Assembly: GCA_040220235.1 (NCBI GenBank)
Contig: JAVJTO010000031.1
Direction: 5' to 3' (one strand)
From: Coleofasciculus sp. B1-GNL1-01
GTDB lineage: Bacteria; Cyanobacteriota; Cyanobacteriia; Cyanobacteriales; Coleofasciculaceae
Length of the DNA stretch: 64,000 nt
Shown piece by piece: positions 39,304 to 48,280 of this stretch (position 1 is the stretch's first letter; every line of letters starts with the position of its first letter). Position numbers and translations under genes: made by a program. The notes under the pieces are model-generated. The model was not told the DNA's origin and made no database searches. It saw only the letters and a program-made list of their open reading frames with translations.

Positions 39304-40446
39304 ATGTTGGGGTTCATCCGGTCAGATTTGGCTCAATTTACGGCTTACACTCCTAATCCAGGGGGAGATTCGGGTAAAGCCATCAAATCCGTTGATCGCG
39401 TGGATGCGAATGAAAGTCCTGATGATTTGCCCGTTGAGTTAAAAGAAAAGCTGACATGGACATATCAACAGGAGATTGAGGCGAACCGCTATCCCGATGG
39501 TTCTCATCAAACCCTCAAAGACGCGATCGCGAATTATGTGACTGAATCGGCTTCTCTAGAAACACCCGTAACCTCTAGCCAAATCTCAGTCGGTAATGGT
39601 TCAGATGAACTGATTCGTTCTCTCTTAATTGCCACCTGTTTACGGGGAGAAGGTTCAATTCTCGTCGCCAATCCCACGTTTTCCATGTACGGGATTCTGG
39701 CGCAAACCCTGGGTATTCCGGTGGTAACAGTTGAGCGGTGTTCGGATACCTTTGAGATTAACCTAGAAGCAGCCCAACGCGCGATCGCCCAATCTGAACA
39801 TCCCTCTATCCGTGTCGTTTTCGTAGTCCACCCCAACTCCCCCACGGGAAATGCACTCACGGCGGCTGAACTTAAGTGGTTGCGGAGTTTACCCGACGAT
39901 ATATTGGTGGTGATTGATGAGGCATACTTTGAATTTAGCTGCACCTCAGTTGTTAAAGAATTATCCCAACATCCCAACTGGGCAATTCTGCGAACCTTTT
40001 CCAAAGCCTTTCGCTTAGCCGCCCATCGGGTAGGATACTGTATCGCCCACCCAGAATTAATTGCCGCATTAGAAAAAATGCGCTTACCTTATAATTTACC
40101 AAGCTTTTCTCAAGCCGCCGCCCTTGTCGCCCTGACTCACCGCGATCAACTCTTAGCCGCGATTCCCCACATTATTGCCGAACGCGATAAATTATTAGCT
40201 ACATTATCAGAGCATCCTGGTTTACAGGTGTGGTCGAGTGCTGCCAATTTTATCTACATTCGCCCTCGCCAACTGGAACAAAATAGCTTAAGCCAGATTG
40301 TTCAACAAATGAAAGTCCAAGGTACAGTCATCCGGAATACAGGTGGCGGATTACGGATTACTGTGGGTTCTCCAGAGGAGAATCAGCGCACCTTACAGCG
40401 ACTGTACCAAACCTTTGAGAAGGATTCGCATTTCGGTTATTCTTGA
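39304..40446 (+). CDS. hisC: Histidinol-phosphate aminotransferase
   Basis: [40 protein letters not shown]. Confidence 0.95.
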   Translation: MLGFIRSDLAQFTAYTPNPGGDSGKAIKSVDRVDANESPDDLPVELKEKLTWTYQQEIEANRYPDGSHQTLKDAIANYVTESASLETPVTSSQISVGNGSDELIRSLLIATCLRGEGSILVANPTFSMYGILAQTLGIPVVTVERCSDTFEINLEAAQRAIAQSEHPSIRVVFVVHPNSPTGNALTAAELKWLRSLPDDILVVIDEAYFEFSCTSVVKELSQHPNWAILRTFSKAFRLAAHRVGYCIAHPELIAALEKMRLPYNLPSFSQAAALVALTHRDQLLAAIPHIIAERDKLLATLSEHPGLQVWSSAANFIYIRPRQLEQNSLSQIVQQMKVQGTVIRNTGGGLRITVGSPEENQRTLQRLYQTFEKDSHFGYS

Positions 40447-40495
40447 CAATCCGCGCTAAATTTATTGATGCATTGTTTAAACCAAGTAGACTTCA

Positions 40496-40817
40496 ATGCC
40501 ATCAGGTAACATCCTAACTGCCATAGATGCCCTAAATCGGCTCATCAATGGAATCGATAAAACCACTCTCGAAACCGAACTTATCGCTTCAGGTTGGACA
40601 TCCACTCCAGCCAAAGGTGGATCGAAAAGCGGTCAAGGTACGATCTGGACAAGCGTAGACACTCAATGCAGCGTCAGAATCATGACTCAACGCGATGGTT
40701 CATCCTACGTTCGCGTTTACTAATGATCCTGGAGGTGGCGCACCCGGAGAACAACCCCTAAACTCCTCAGGAAAACCTGGAAGTCGTCGAGACAGCCACT
40801 TTATCTTACTCCCCTAA
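40496..40817 (+). pseudogene. Frameshifted small polymorphic-toxin-like gene
   Basis: ORF stops at TAA 40721-40723; removing one base continues as NDPGGGAPGEQPLNSSGKPGSRRDSHFILLP* to 40817. Confidence 0.7.
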
Positions 40818-40837
40818 CCAAACTCATTCGCCAGACT

Positions 40838-41263
40838 ATGAACTTTGAAGAAATTTGGCAACAATACGACTTTACCGAAGCAGAATTGCTTTCAATGGAG
40901 TGGCAATTCCCCTATGATTATATTCTCAACCTCAACTACTACTGGGAACTCAACTCAACCAACACTTATCCTGAAATCGCTAGCACTGACCAACCCTTAA
41001 AACTGATCTTGAAATCTTGCATTCGCCTTAACGTACAACTGTACCCAAATCCCAATGAATTAGAACAATCTCCAGCCAACCTTGGTACCATTATTGGCTG
41101 GGGAAAAGTCACTCCTTCACCTTGGTTAGAACAACTCTCTCTTTCCCCTAGCGACTGGCTGCATCTATTTTTTGACATCGGTGGAAATAACAAAATTGAA
41201 GCTCTTTGCCATTCGCTAGCTATCGAACAATTAGCCCAACAACCTTTAGCACTAACTTCATAA
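40838..41263 (+). CDS. Hypothetical acidic protein, candidate immunity protein
   Basis: 141 aa, starts 20 bp after the reconstructed toxin stop. Confidence 0.7.
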   Translation: MNFEEIWQQYDFTEAELLSMEWQFPYDYILNLNYYWELNSTNTYPEIASTDQPLKLILKSCIRLNVQLYPNPNELEQSPANLGTIIGWGKVTPSPWLEQLSLSPSDWLHLFFDIGGNNKIEALCHSLAIEQLAQQPLALTS

Positions 41264-41434
41264 GTCAAAATCTTTTGGCTTCCATCCCTGCTACAGGCGT
41301 GAAAGTGCGATCGCGTCGCGTCTTTCTCTTTCCCCAGATATACCATGTCACCAAGGATGGAAGCGATTCGACACCATTGCGCCGATCACCTGAAACACCG
41401 TAGGGGCGCACAGATGTGCGCCCTCAATACTTCT

Positions 41435-41851
41435 TTATCTCAAAGGACAGGTCATTTGCTCAGATTCTTTCTCAAGCTGACGCACTAAGTCTTGATCTCC
41501 TTTTGCCCTCGCTACGTTTAAGCGACGTTCCAAGGACTGACAAATATTTTCCAGATGAGTAATGCTGGTTTGCTGGAAGGCTTTTTGGCGCGAATTCTTC
41601 AGAAACCAAGAACGAGTTCCAACCATCGTCATCGGTGTCTCGACTGGTCTAGACTTGACAAAACCGGGTTCACCTGTCTTATATCCAGAACCCCGCCACT
41701 TCAAATCATGGGTAGGTGGGGGTTCGGGAATATGTCTGAGATAATGAAACCGCCAATTTTGACCCCGATAGGTGCCGCCAATCTCGCCTTCGTTTACGTC
41801 TAATGTGGATGGTGTTTCATTGTAATGAACACCCCGATAACAACGTTTCAT
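41435..41851 (-). CDS. DUF4278-family protein
   Basis: YRGVHY, GTYRGQNW, LKWRG, HLENICQSLERRL.VA. Confidence 0.9.
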   Translation of the reverse strand: MKRCYRGVHYNETPSTLDVNEGEIGGTYRGQNWRFHYLRHIPEPPPTHDLKWRGSGYKTGEPGFVKSRPVETPMTMVGTRSWFLKNSRQKAFQQTSITHLENICQSLERRLNVARAKGDQDLVRQLEKESEQMTCPLR

Positions 41852-41918
41852 CTGTCTTGTCTCCCTTAAGTCTTTTAAAAAATGATTTGAATTGAGTGAT
41901 GTCTAGACTCTAAGCGTC

Positions 41919-42119
41919 TTAGCTGCGCCGATACGTGACACCTCGATAGGTCAGTTCCGTTGACCCTTGGCGTCCAACTGAGCCTGGGCGTCTCCGGTAC
42001 AGCTTCGGCTTGTGAATTTTCCAAGTGTGACCCCGGTATGTGCCACCCGTCTCACCTTCGGTTACGTCTGCCATTGATGGCTCTGAATCGTAGTTGACTC
42101 CTCGATAATGAAGTTTCAT
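41919..42119 (-). CDS. DUF4278-family protein (short)
   Basis: MKLHYRGVNY, GTYRGHTW, LTYRGVTY; SD GGAGG. Confidence 0.9.
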   Translation of the reverse strand: MKLHYRGVNYDSEPSMADVTEGETGGTYRGHTWKIHKPKLYRRRPGSVGRQGSTELTYRGVTYRRS

Positions 42120-42531
42120 GGTTTACGCCTCCGATTGATTTCCACCACCAGCGAATCTCTGCTTGGGGGAAATGAGCTCCTTGCTCTAATTGGACTGAAA
42201 ACGCATCTGACTTTGGATAGATTCCTGAATTCAGATAGCTTTATCAAAATATTTCTGTATATATTTTTACATTTTTGAGCCAAAAGTGTCAATTATCCAG
42301 AAATGATCACATAAAAGTGGTGATTTCCCACCAATTCCAGTACCGAGGCGATGGGGGAGTAGGGGAAGTGGGGGGAGCGGGGGGAGCAGGGGAAGATGAG
42401 GGAGTAAACGAATGACGAATGACAAATGACAAATGACGAATCACCATAAAATACCGCCAGTCTCCATAAAACTGGAAAACTGGCGGTGTCAATTCTCAGA
42501 TATTCAGTTCAACTGAGGACAGCGATCTATC

Positions 42532-42651
42532 CTACATCGCAGAACCAACGCCTGCGTAGGCGCCATAGAAGAAAAGACCAACAACGACTAGAACACCTGT
42601 TCCAGCAATTGTGGCGACAACCCACAACGGAATTTTTCCACTTCCAGACAC
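42532..42651 (-). CDS. psbJ: Photosystem II protein J
   Basis: Hand translation [42 protein letters not shown] start, SD AGGAGG. Confidence 0.97.
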   Translation of the reverse strand: MSGSGKIPLWVVATIAGTGVLVVVGLFFYGAYAGVGSAM

Positions 42652-42694
42652 GGCTAATACCTCCTAGTTCAAGCTAACGGATGATTGAGTTGAG

Positions 42695-42817
42695 TTAATT
42701 AAAGAAATAACTGGAAAAGAGAATGCCCAAAACAAAAACCAACAATAGACCGAGAAACAGAGAGGTCCGGTTCAGTTCAACTGGCTGGTTATTCGGATTG
42801 GGAGAACGCTCTGGCAT
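42695..42817 (-). CDS. psbL: Photosystem II protein L
   Basis: [40 protein letters not shown]. Confidence 0.98.
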   Translation of the reverse strand: MPERSPNPNNQPVELNRTSLFLGLLLVFVLGILFSSYFFN

Positions 42818-42829
42818 GGATTTTATCTC

Positions 42830-42961
42830 CTATCGTTGAACAAATTGCATGGCGGCGATCGCGCCGAGGAAAAAGACGGTGGGAACCGCCAGCGTATGAA
42901 CCGCTAGCCATCTAACGGTAAAAATTGGATAGGAAACGGGTTGATTGGGAGTATTAGTCAT
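42830..42961 (-). CDS. psbF: Cytochrome b559 beta subunit
   Basis: [43 protein letters not shown]. Confidence 0.98.
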   Translation of the reverse strand: MTNTPNQPVSYPIFTVRWLAVHTLAVPTVFFLGAIAAMQFVQR

Positions 42962-42991
42962 GATTTTTTACAGAAATCTCCAAATTTTACT

Positions 42992-43240
42992 TTACTTTTT
43001 GGTAAATTGATCGATTTGCTTTTTCGCCTCGTAGCGATCGCTCACAATCGGAACTTCCTGCTGCGGTTGCGTGAAATACTCGTTCGGACGGGGTGTGCCA
43101 AACACATCATACGCTAGACCTGTGCTGACAAATAGCCAGCCCGCAATAAACAGAGCCGGAATTGTGATGCTGTGAATGACCCAATAACGAATGCTGGTAA
43201 CAATATCGCCGAATGGACGCTCACCAGTAGTTCCTGACAT
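42992..43240 (-). CDS. psbE: Cytochrome b559 alpha subunit
   Basis: [10 protein letters not shown]...[11 protein letters not shown]...[10 protein letters not shown]. Confidence 0.99.
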   Translation of the reverse strand: MSGTTGERPFGDIVTSIRYWVIHSITIPALFIAGWLFVSTGLAYDVFGTPRPNEYFTQPQQEVPIVSDRYEAKKQIDQFTKK

Positions 43241-43291
43241 AAATGATTCCTCCTTCCCAGTAACAGTTATAATTCACTCGACCTTACTATT

Positions 43292-43596
43292 GTGAAGTAC
43301 CCCAACTTGCTTCGCTCTTATTTGGGATTTCCAACTTAGCTAAACAAGGACGGTCTTATTCGTCTTTGGGATTTCCCGTCTCATTCGCCGATGCCACGTT
43401 GGGCACTTTCTAATTCCTAAGAGAGCAGAAAGTCCAGAACTCAATCTGGTGATGGTCTTACTCAGCGTCCACAGGCAGCCGCCCGTCTTCCACAGGCAGT
43501 TATTTTTTACTCGTACAACATAACTTGGCTTATATTTTACCGTAGGGCGTAACCTAACGAACCAGCGGTCATGTTCTTTCTGGCTTTACCGCCATA
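43292..43596 (-). mobile_element. Non-autonomous IS200/IS605-like relic (left end fused to a tnpB-3'/right-end region)
   Basis: Minus strand: TTGAT then TATGGCGGTAAAGCC...; internal CTGCCTGTGGACGCTGAGTAAGACC and GGCATCGGCGAATGA; ends GGGGTACTTCAC; no transposase ORF. Confidence 0.65.
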
Positions 43597-43632
43597 ATCA
43601 AGCCGAGATGGCAACCACAGATTTATGAGCAA

Positions 43633-44631
43633 TCAAGCCGTTGTTTTTGCTGGGGGTTCATACTTGAGCAAAACACCTGCTTGACCAATAACAAATCCCT
43701 GTTTTGGCGTGATAAAGACAACTTTGTAAAAGTTGGATGGCACATCTTCTACTTCGCGATCTTTGAGCCAAGTTTTGCCACCGTCAAAACTACAAAGCAA
43801 ATTGCCACTCCCTCCGGCAATCCACACTTCATCGGGAGTTCGGTAGGCTAAATCCAGTAATCCCCAACTGGTAGAAAATTCGGGATAAATTGGCTCCTCC
43901 CAAGCCTCTAAATCTTCGCTACCACTAAATTGCAGCATTCCTCCTCGTGCTAATCCCCAGAGACGCCCGTCTTCGGTGAATCCCATATTTTGCAGACGCT
44001 TAGAACTGCTGCGTTCATGGGGTTGCCAAGCACTTTGACCCGGTTCCCAAGTGGAGTAAAAGTTCCCCCTAGCTGAAACTGCGACATATTTGCCATCATT
44101 GGAACGGGAAATATTACGCAGGACACCCACCGCTTCTTCAACCTGGGCTTTCCAGGTTTTACCTCCATCCTGGGTTTGGTAAATTGCGCCAATTGTGGTT
44201 GTCATCTCCGCTGATTTGGGACCCAGTGCCAAAATCGTGTTGGGGTCTCCGGGTAACTTCTCACTTAAGGGAATGCGTACCCAAGACTCACCCCCATCAG
44301 TGGTATGCAGCATAATTGAAGGCTCACCCACAATCCAACCTTCCTCATCCGCAAAACTCACGGATGTGAAACGATATTTATTCTCATCCCCAACATCAAG
44401 GACTTTCTCCTGCCAGGTTTCGCCACCATCGGTGGTTTCCAGGAGTGTGGAATTGCTGCCAACAAGCCATCCATGACTTGGGTTATCGGTAAACCCAATA
44501 TCCCGTAGCGTTTCTTGGGTGGGTAAGGCAACCAATTCCCAAGGGTTATAGCCCAAGGGTTCGGCATACTTACAACTAACACACAAGCAGGCGATCGCGA
44601 AGACTATTAAGATTCGTTTCAAGGTTTTCAT
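43633..44631 (-). CDS. ycf48: Photosystem II assembly factor Ycf48/Hcf136
   Basis: BNR repeats TTDGGETW, VSARGNFY, RLQNMGF; between rubA and psbE. Confidence 0.97.
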   Translation of the reverse strand: MKTLKRILIVFAIACLCVSCKYAEPLGYNPWELVALPTQETLRDIGFTDNPSHGWLVGSNSTLLETTDGGETWQEKVLDVGDENKYRFTSVSFADEEGWIVGEPSIMLHTTDGGESWVRIPLSEKLPGDPNTILALGPKSAEMTTTIGAIYQTQDGGKTWKAQVEEAVGVLRNISRSNDGKYVAVSARGNFYSTWEPGQSAWQPHERSSSKRLQNMGFTEDGRLWGLARGGMLQFSGSEDLEAWEEPIYPEFSTSWGLLDLAYRTPDEVWIAGGSGNLLCSFDGGKTWLKDREVEDVPSNFYKVVFITPKQGFVIGQAGVLLKYEPPAKTTA

Positions 44632-44706
44632 GAAATCGCTCATTGGCAACATGCTGTCGTTTGGCGTAACTGAGACATTGGTGTATTAAGGAATTGCCTC
44701 CTCGGT

Positions 44707-45054
44707 TTAGCGCAGTCCGTATAAACTTATAAAGAAGATAACGCCTAGCAGTAAGGCTCCAAAAATCAAGACATTTTTTTGACCTGGGGTCAAACGGTTC
44801 ACCCCAAAGCCATAGCTGAGGTTCTCTTGAAACCCAGAGGGGGCACCACTGGCTCCAATATCCTGAAATTGGGGCTTTTTCGCACCGCATACTGGACAAC
44901 GCCAGTCGCTGGGTAGCTCTTCAAAGGGCGTCCCGGCGGCGATATTACGGTTGCTATCTCCCTTGTTTGGCTCGTAAACGTAGCCGCAAGAGCGGCATTC
45001 GTAACGACTTGGCGCTTGTTCCGCCAAAGTTTGCTCGTTAGCTGGTTCGATCAT
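44707..45054 (-). CDS. rubA: Membrane-anchored rubredoxin
   Basis: ECRSCGYVY...WRCPVCG, C-terminal TM; ATG 45054. Confidence 0.96.
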   Translation of the reverse strand: MIEPANEQTLAEQAPSRYECRSCGYVYEPNKGDSNRNIAAGTPFEELPSDWRCPVCGAKKPQFQDIGASGAPSGFQENLSYGFGVNRLTPGQKNVLIFGALLLGVIFFISLYGLR

Positions 45055-45315
45055 CGCTGGCAAAATTAAGTTGATGCAGCAAATCTTAAAACGTATGTTA
45101 AAAAATTTATCATAATAACCGACATTACGCACCAGGGAAGATTGGGAGCTGGGGGAGATGAGGGAGCTGGGGGAGAGTGTGTAGGGGCGGGTTTTACCAC
45201 TAACGTTTCGTTTTCACCCTGATATAACTAAACCCGCCCCTACCTAACCGTTCAATTATCACAAATGACGTAGCTTGCTTCTTTTCGGGAAGAGAGTAGG
45301 ACAAATGACAAACCT

Positions 45316-47004
45316 TTATCTAGATCGCGCAATTCGCCAACTTAATAGAATAACTGGAATTATCCCAACAACAACGATCGCTAATGCGGGTGCAGCCGCT
45401 TCTACTAACCGCTCATCTGAGGCTAGGTTATAGACGCGCACGGCAAGGGTGTCAAAATTAAAGGGTCGAATAATTAAAGTTGCCGACAATTCCTTCATTA
45501 CGTCCACAAACAGCAACATCCCCGCCGTGAGTAATCCCCCCCACATCATCGGTGCATGGACTTTGACTAAGGTACTCGTCGGACTGTACCCCAAGGAACG
45601 GGCAGCATCGTCTAAACTGGGCTTAATTTTACCTAAACTGGCTTCTACACTATTAAACGATACGGCAAGGAAACGCACCAAATAGGCATAAACTAAGGCT
45701 GTAATCGTGCCACTGAATAGTAAACCTGTGGATATGCCAAATATCGCCTGCATCCCCGCATCAATGGCATTATCCAGTCTGCCAATGGGAATCAGAATTC
45801 CGACAGCAATCACTGAACCCGGTACAGCATACCCCATCGCCGCAATCCGCGTGGCTAAATGCATCACCAGGGTTGATCGCAACCGTAATCCATACGCCAT
45901 AATCAGCGCGATCGCAACACCTAAAACTGCTGTGATCACTGCCAGAATAAAACTATGACGGGCATAGACCCAAAACTCGCCCTCTAGCGTCGTCGTGGTA
46001 TTTTTTAGCGTCATCTCCAGCAGGAGTGCAGCCGGAAGTAAAAACCCCAGACTCAATGGCACAAAACACGCCAGCGCCGCGCCGATTCCGCGTATACCCT
46101 CTAACTGATAACTGGGCAGTTGGCGATAACTGGTTGTGTTTTGATAATATCGTGCCTGACGCCGTGACCATCGCTCTAACCAAATTAACGCCAAAATAAA
46201 TAACAGCAGAAATGCCGCTAATTGGGCGGCGGCGACTCGTTCCCCTAAGCCAAACCACGTCCGATAAATACCTGTGGTGAACGTTTGCACGCCAAAATAC
46301 TTTACTGTGCCAAAATCATTTAGGGTTTCCATTAAGGCTAATGCTACACCCGCTGCGATCGCGGGACGGGCTAAGGGCAATGCTACCGTAAAAAAACTGC
46401 GCCACGGACCACACCCCAGACTGCGGCTAGCTTCTAACGTACAAACCGATTGCTCTAAAAAGGCTACCCGTGCCAATAAATAAACATAAGGATATAACAC
46501 CAGCGTCAGCATGAGAATTGCCCCACCCAGGGAACGAATATTCGGAAACCAGTAATCGCCATAACTCCAGCCAAACCCATCCCGTAACGCGGTTTGAATC
46601 GGTCCTGAGAAGTCCAAAAAGTCGGTGTAGGTATAGGCTAAGACATAAGCTGGTGCGGCGAGGGGTAACAATAGCGCCCATTCAAACAGGCGAGATCCGG
46701 GGAAACGGCACATTGTCACCAACCAGGCGGTTCCCACACCGATTAAACCAACACCACAGCCGACGCCAATCATCAGCCAGAACGAATTTGCCATGTAGCG
46801 CCATAAAACCGTTTGCGCCAAATGCTGCCAAATCTCACCTGCATCTGTAAAAATATTGCTCAATACAAATAAGACAGGGGTAGCGACTAAAAGCGCGATC
46901 GCTAAAACCGCCAGTGTCCATAAATTGATGCGCTGACGTCGTTTTTTTCTTTGAACGATATCCAGTTTGGGCAGAGTCGAGGTAGATTGAGTCGATTGGT
47001 TCAT
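45316..47004 (-). CDS. futB: Fe(III) ABC transporter permease
   Basis: LYPYVYLLAR, EASRSLG, ETLNDFG, DVMKEL.AT..IRPFNFDTLA. Confidence 0.92.
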   Translation of the reverse strand: MNQSTQSTSTLPKLDIVQRKKRRQRINLWTLAVLAIALLVATPVLFVLSNIFTDAGEIWQHLAQTVLWRYMANSFWLMIGVGCGVGLIGVGTAWLVTMCRFPGSRLFEWALLLPLAAPAYVLAYTYTDFLDFSGPIQTALRDGFGWSYGDYWFPNIRSLGGAILMLTLVLYPYVYLLARVAFLEQSVCTLEASRSLGCGPWRSFFTVALPLARPAIAAGVALALMETLNDFGTVKYFGVQTFTTGIYRTWFGLGERVAAAQLAAFLLLFILALIWLERWSRRQARYYQNTTSYRQLPSYQLEGIRGIGAALACFVPLSLGFLLPAALLLEMTLKNTTTTLEGEFWVYARHSFILAVITAVLGVAIALIMAYGLRLRSTLVMHLATRIAAMGYAVPGSVIAVGILIPIGRLDNAIDAGMQAIFGISTGLLFSGTITALVYAYLVRFLAVSFNSVEASLGKIKPSLDDAARSLGYSPTSTLVKVHAPMMWGGLLTAGMLLFVDVMKELSATLIIRPFNFDTLAVRVYNLASDERLVEAAAPALAIVVVGIIPVILLSWRIARSR

Positions 47005-47201
47005 CGTAAATGCGGCATCAGGATCAGAGCGATTTGCCAATTACATTATGCTAAGACTACTGTATTAAGTGTTAAAGATTGTAGGGGCGGGTTTGACCAC
47101 TATCTTTGGTTTGTGACCATGATTTCACTAAACCCGCCCTGACCAAATGCAATAATTCTTTGACCAATGACGAATGACATAAGACCAATGACGAATGACC
47201 A

Positions 47202-47594
47202 ATGAGCCGAAAAATTATCCGCACAACCAACGCCCCTGCACCCGTCGGACCCTATAATCAAGCGATCGCAGCCAGAGGGGAACTGATTTTTGTCGCCGGT
47301 CAAATTCCCCTTGACCCCAAAACAGGTGAAATTATTGGCGAAAACGATATCGCCAAGCAGACGGAACAGGCGATGGCAAATGTAGCCGCGATTCTAGAAG
47401 AGGCTGGGGTTCAGATGCAAGATATTGTCAAAACCACCGTTTTTCTTTCAGATATGAATAATTTTGCGGCGATGAATCAAGTTTATGCCCGCTATTTTGA
47501 CGAAGCATCCGCCCCCGCCCGTGCTTGTGTGGAAGTTTCCCGACTTCCGAAAGATGTTTTAGTCGAAATTGAATGTATTGCAATTGTGCCTTAG
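47202..47594 (+). CDS. ridA: RidA/YjgF family enamine deaminase
   Basis: [34 protein letters not shown]. Confidence 0.93.
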   Translation: MSRKIIRTTNAPAPVGPYNQAIAARGELIFVAGQIPLDPKTGEIIGENDIAKQTEQAMANVAAILEEAGVQMQDIVKTTVFLSDMNNFAAMNQVYARYFDEASAPARACVEVSRLPKDVLVEIECIAIVP

Positions 47595-47659
47595 ATCTTG
47601 CCAAAATGTGGCATTCCAGGACATTGTAGTAATCGTATCAGTAATTATCCGACACGGCG

Positions 47660-48120
47660 TACCTTGAGAAAAGGGCGAGTCGATATAGGTTAATTCTCAT
47701 ACCACCTACGATATGCAGCGACTCGCCCCTACAACTGCGATCATCCCAATAATCCTAATAATTCCGATTGCCCCGTTTGTACGTTCAAAAGCGTTAATCA
47801 GGATTTATATGATATCACCTCCATCAAAACAATTGTAGGAGTGACCCGCCGCCTTAAATTTACACCACCCAACCCTTAATGTTATCGGGTCGCCCTCCAC
47901 CAGGAATCAGGAATTATTTAACATCGCATCCATCAAAACAATTGTAGGGGCGACCCGCCGCCTTCAATTTACACCACCCAACCCTTAATGTTATCGGGTC
48001 GCCCTCCGCCGAGTACCTTTAGAAAAGAGCGAGTCGAGATAGGTTAATTCTCACACCACCTACGATGTGCAGCGACTCGCCCCTGCAACCGCGATCATCC
48101 CAATAATCCCAATAATCCCG
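47660..48120. repeat. A-B-B-A cluster of long palindromic repeats
   Basis: A (GGCGAGTCG...CGACTCGCCC) at ~47660-47765 and ~48013-48120; B (GCGACCCG...CGGGTCGCCC) at ~47820-47898 and ~47929-48007; related B at 63333-63395. Confidence 0.85.
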
Positions 48121-48280
48121 AAAATCTCGACAATCCCGATAGTTTCTGAAAAAAGCGACAGATGCAATATCTGAGTCTAAGCTAGATCTAAGGTGGATTC
48201 AATCCAACTCAGGTAATGATCAGTCTCTGGTCATTCTGCCACGTCTAGATCCAGATAAACCAGACAACGCTCTCTCATCT

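Noticed and set aside
42120..42300. Glutamine (glnA-type) riboswitch, often found before DUF4278 genes
   Set aside because: I could not find the CGTTCA...CGGAAGTA...GAAGGAACG core on the minus strand
42486..42677. Plus-strand 63-aa ORF (likewise 54657-54860 minus)
   Set aside because: Shadow ORFs of psbJ and of petG plus REP repeats
47660..48140. Possible CRISPR array
   Set aside because: Units are long with conserved interiors, there are no unique spacers of constant length and no cas genes
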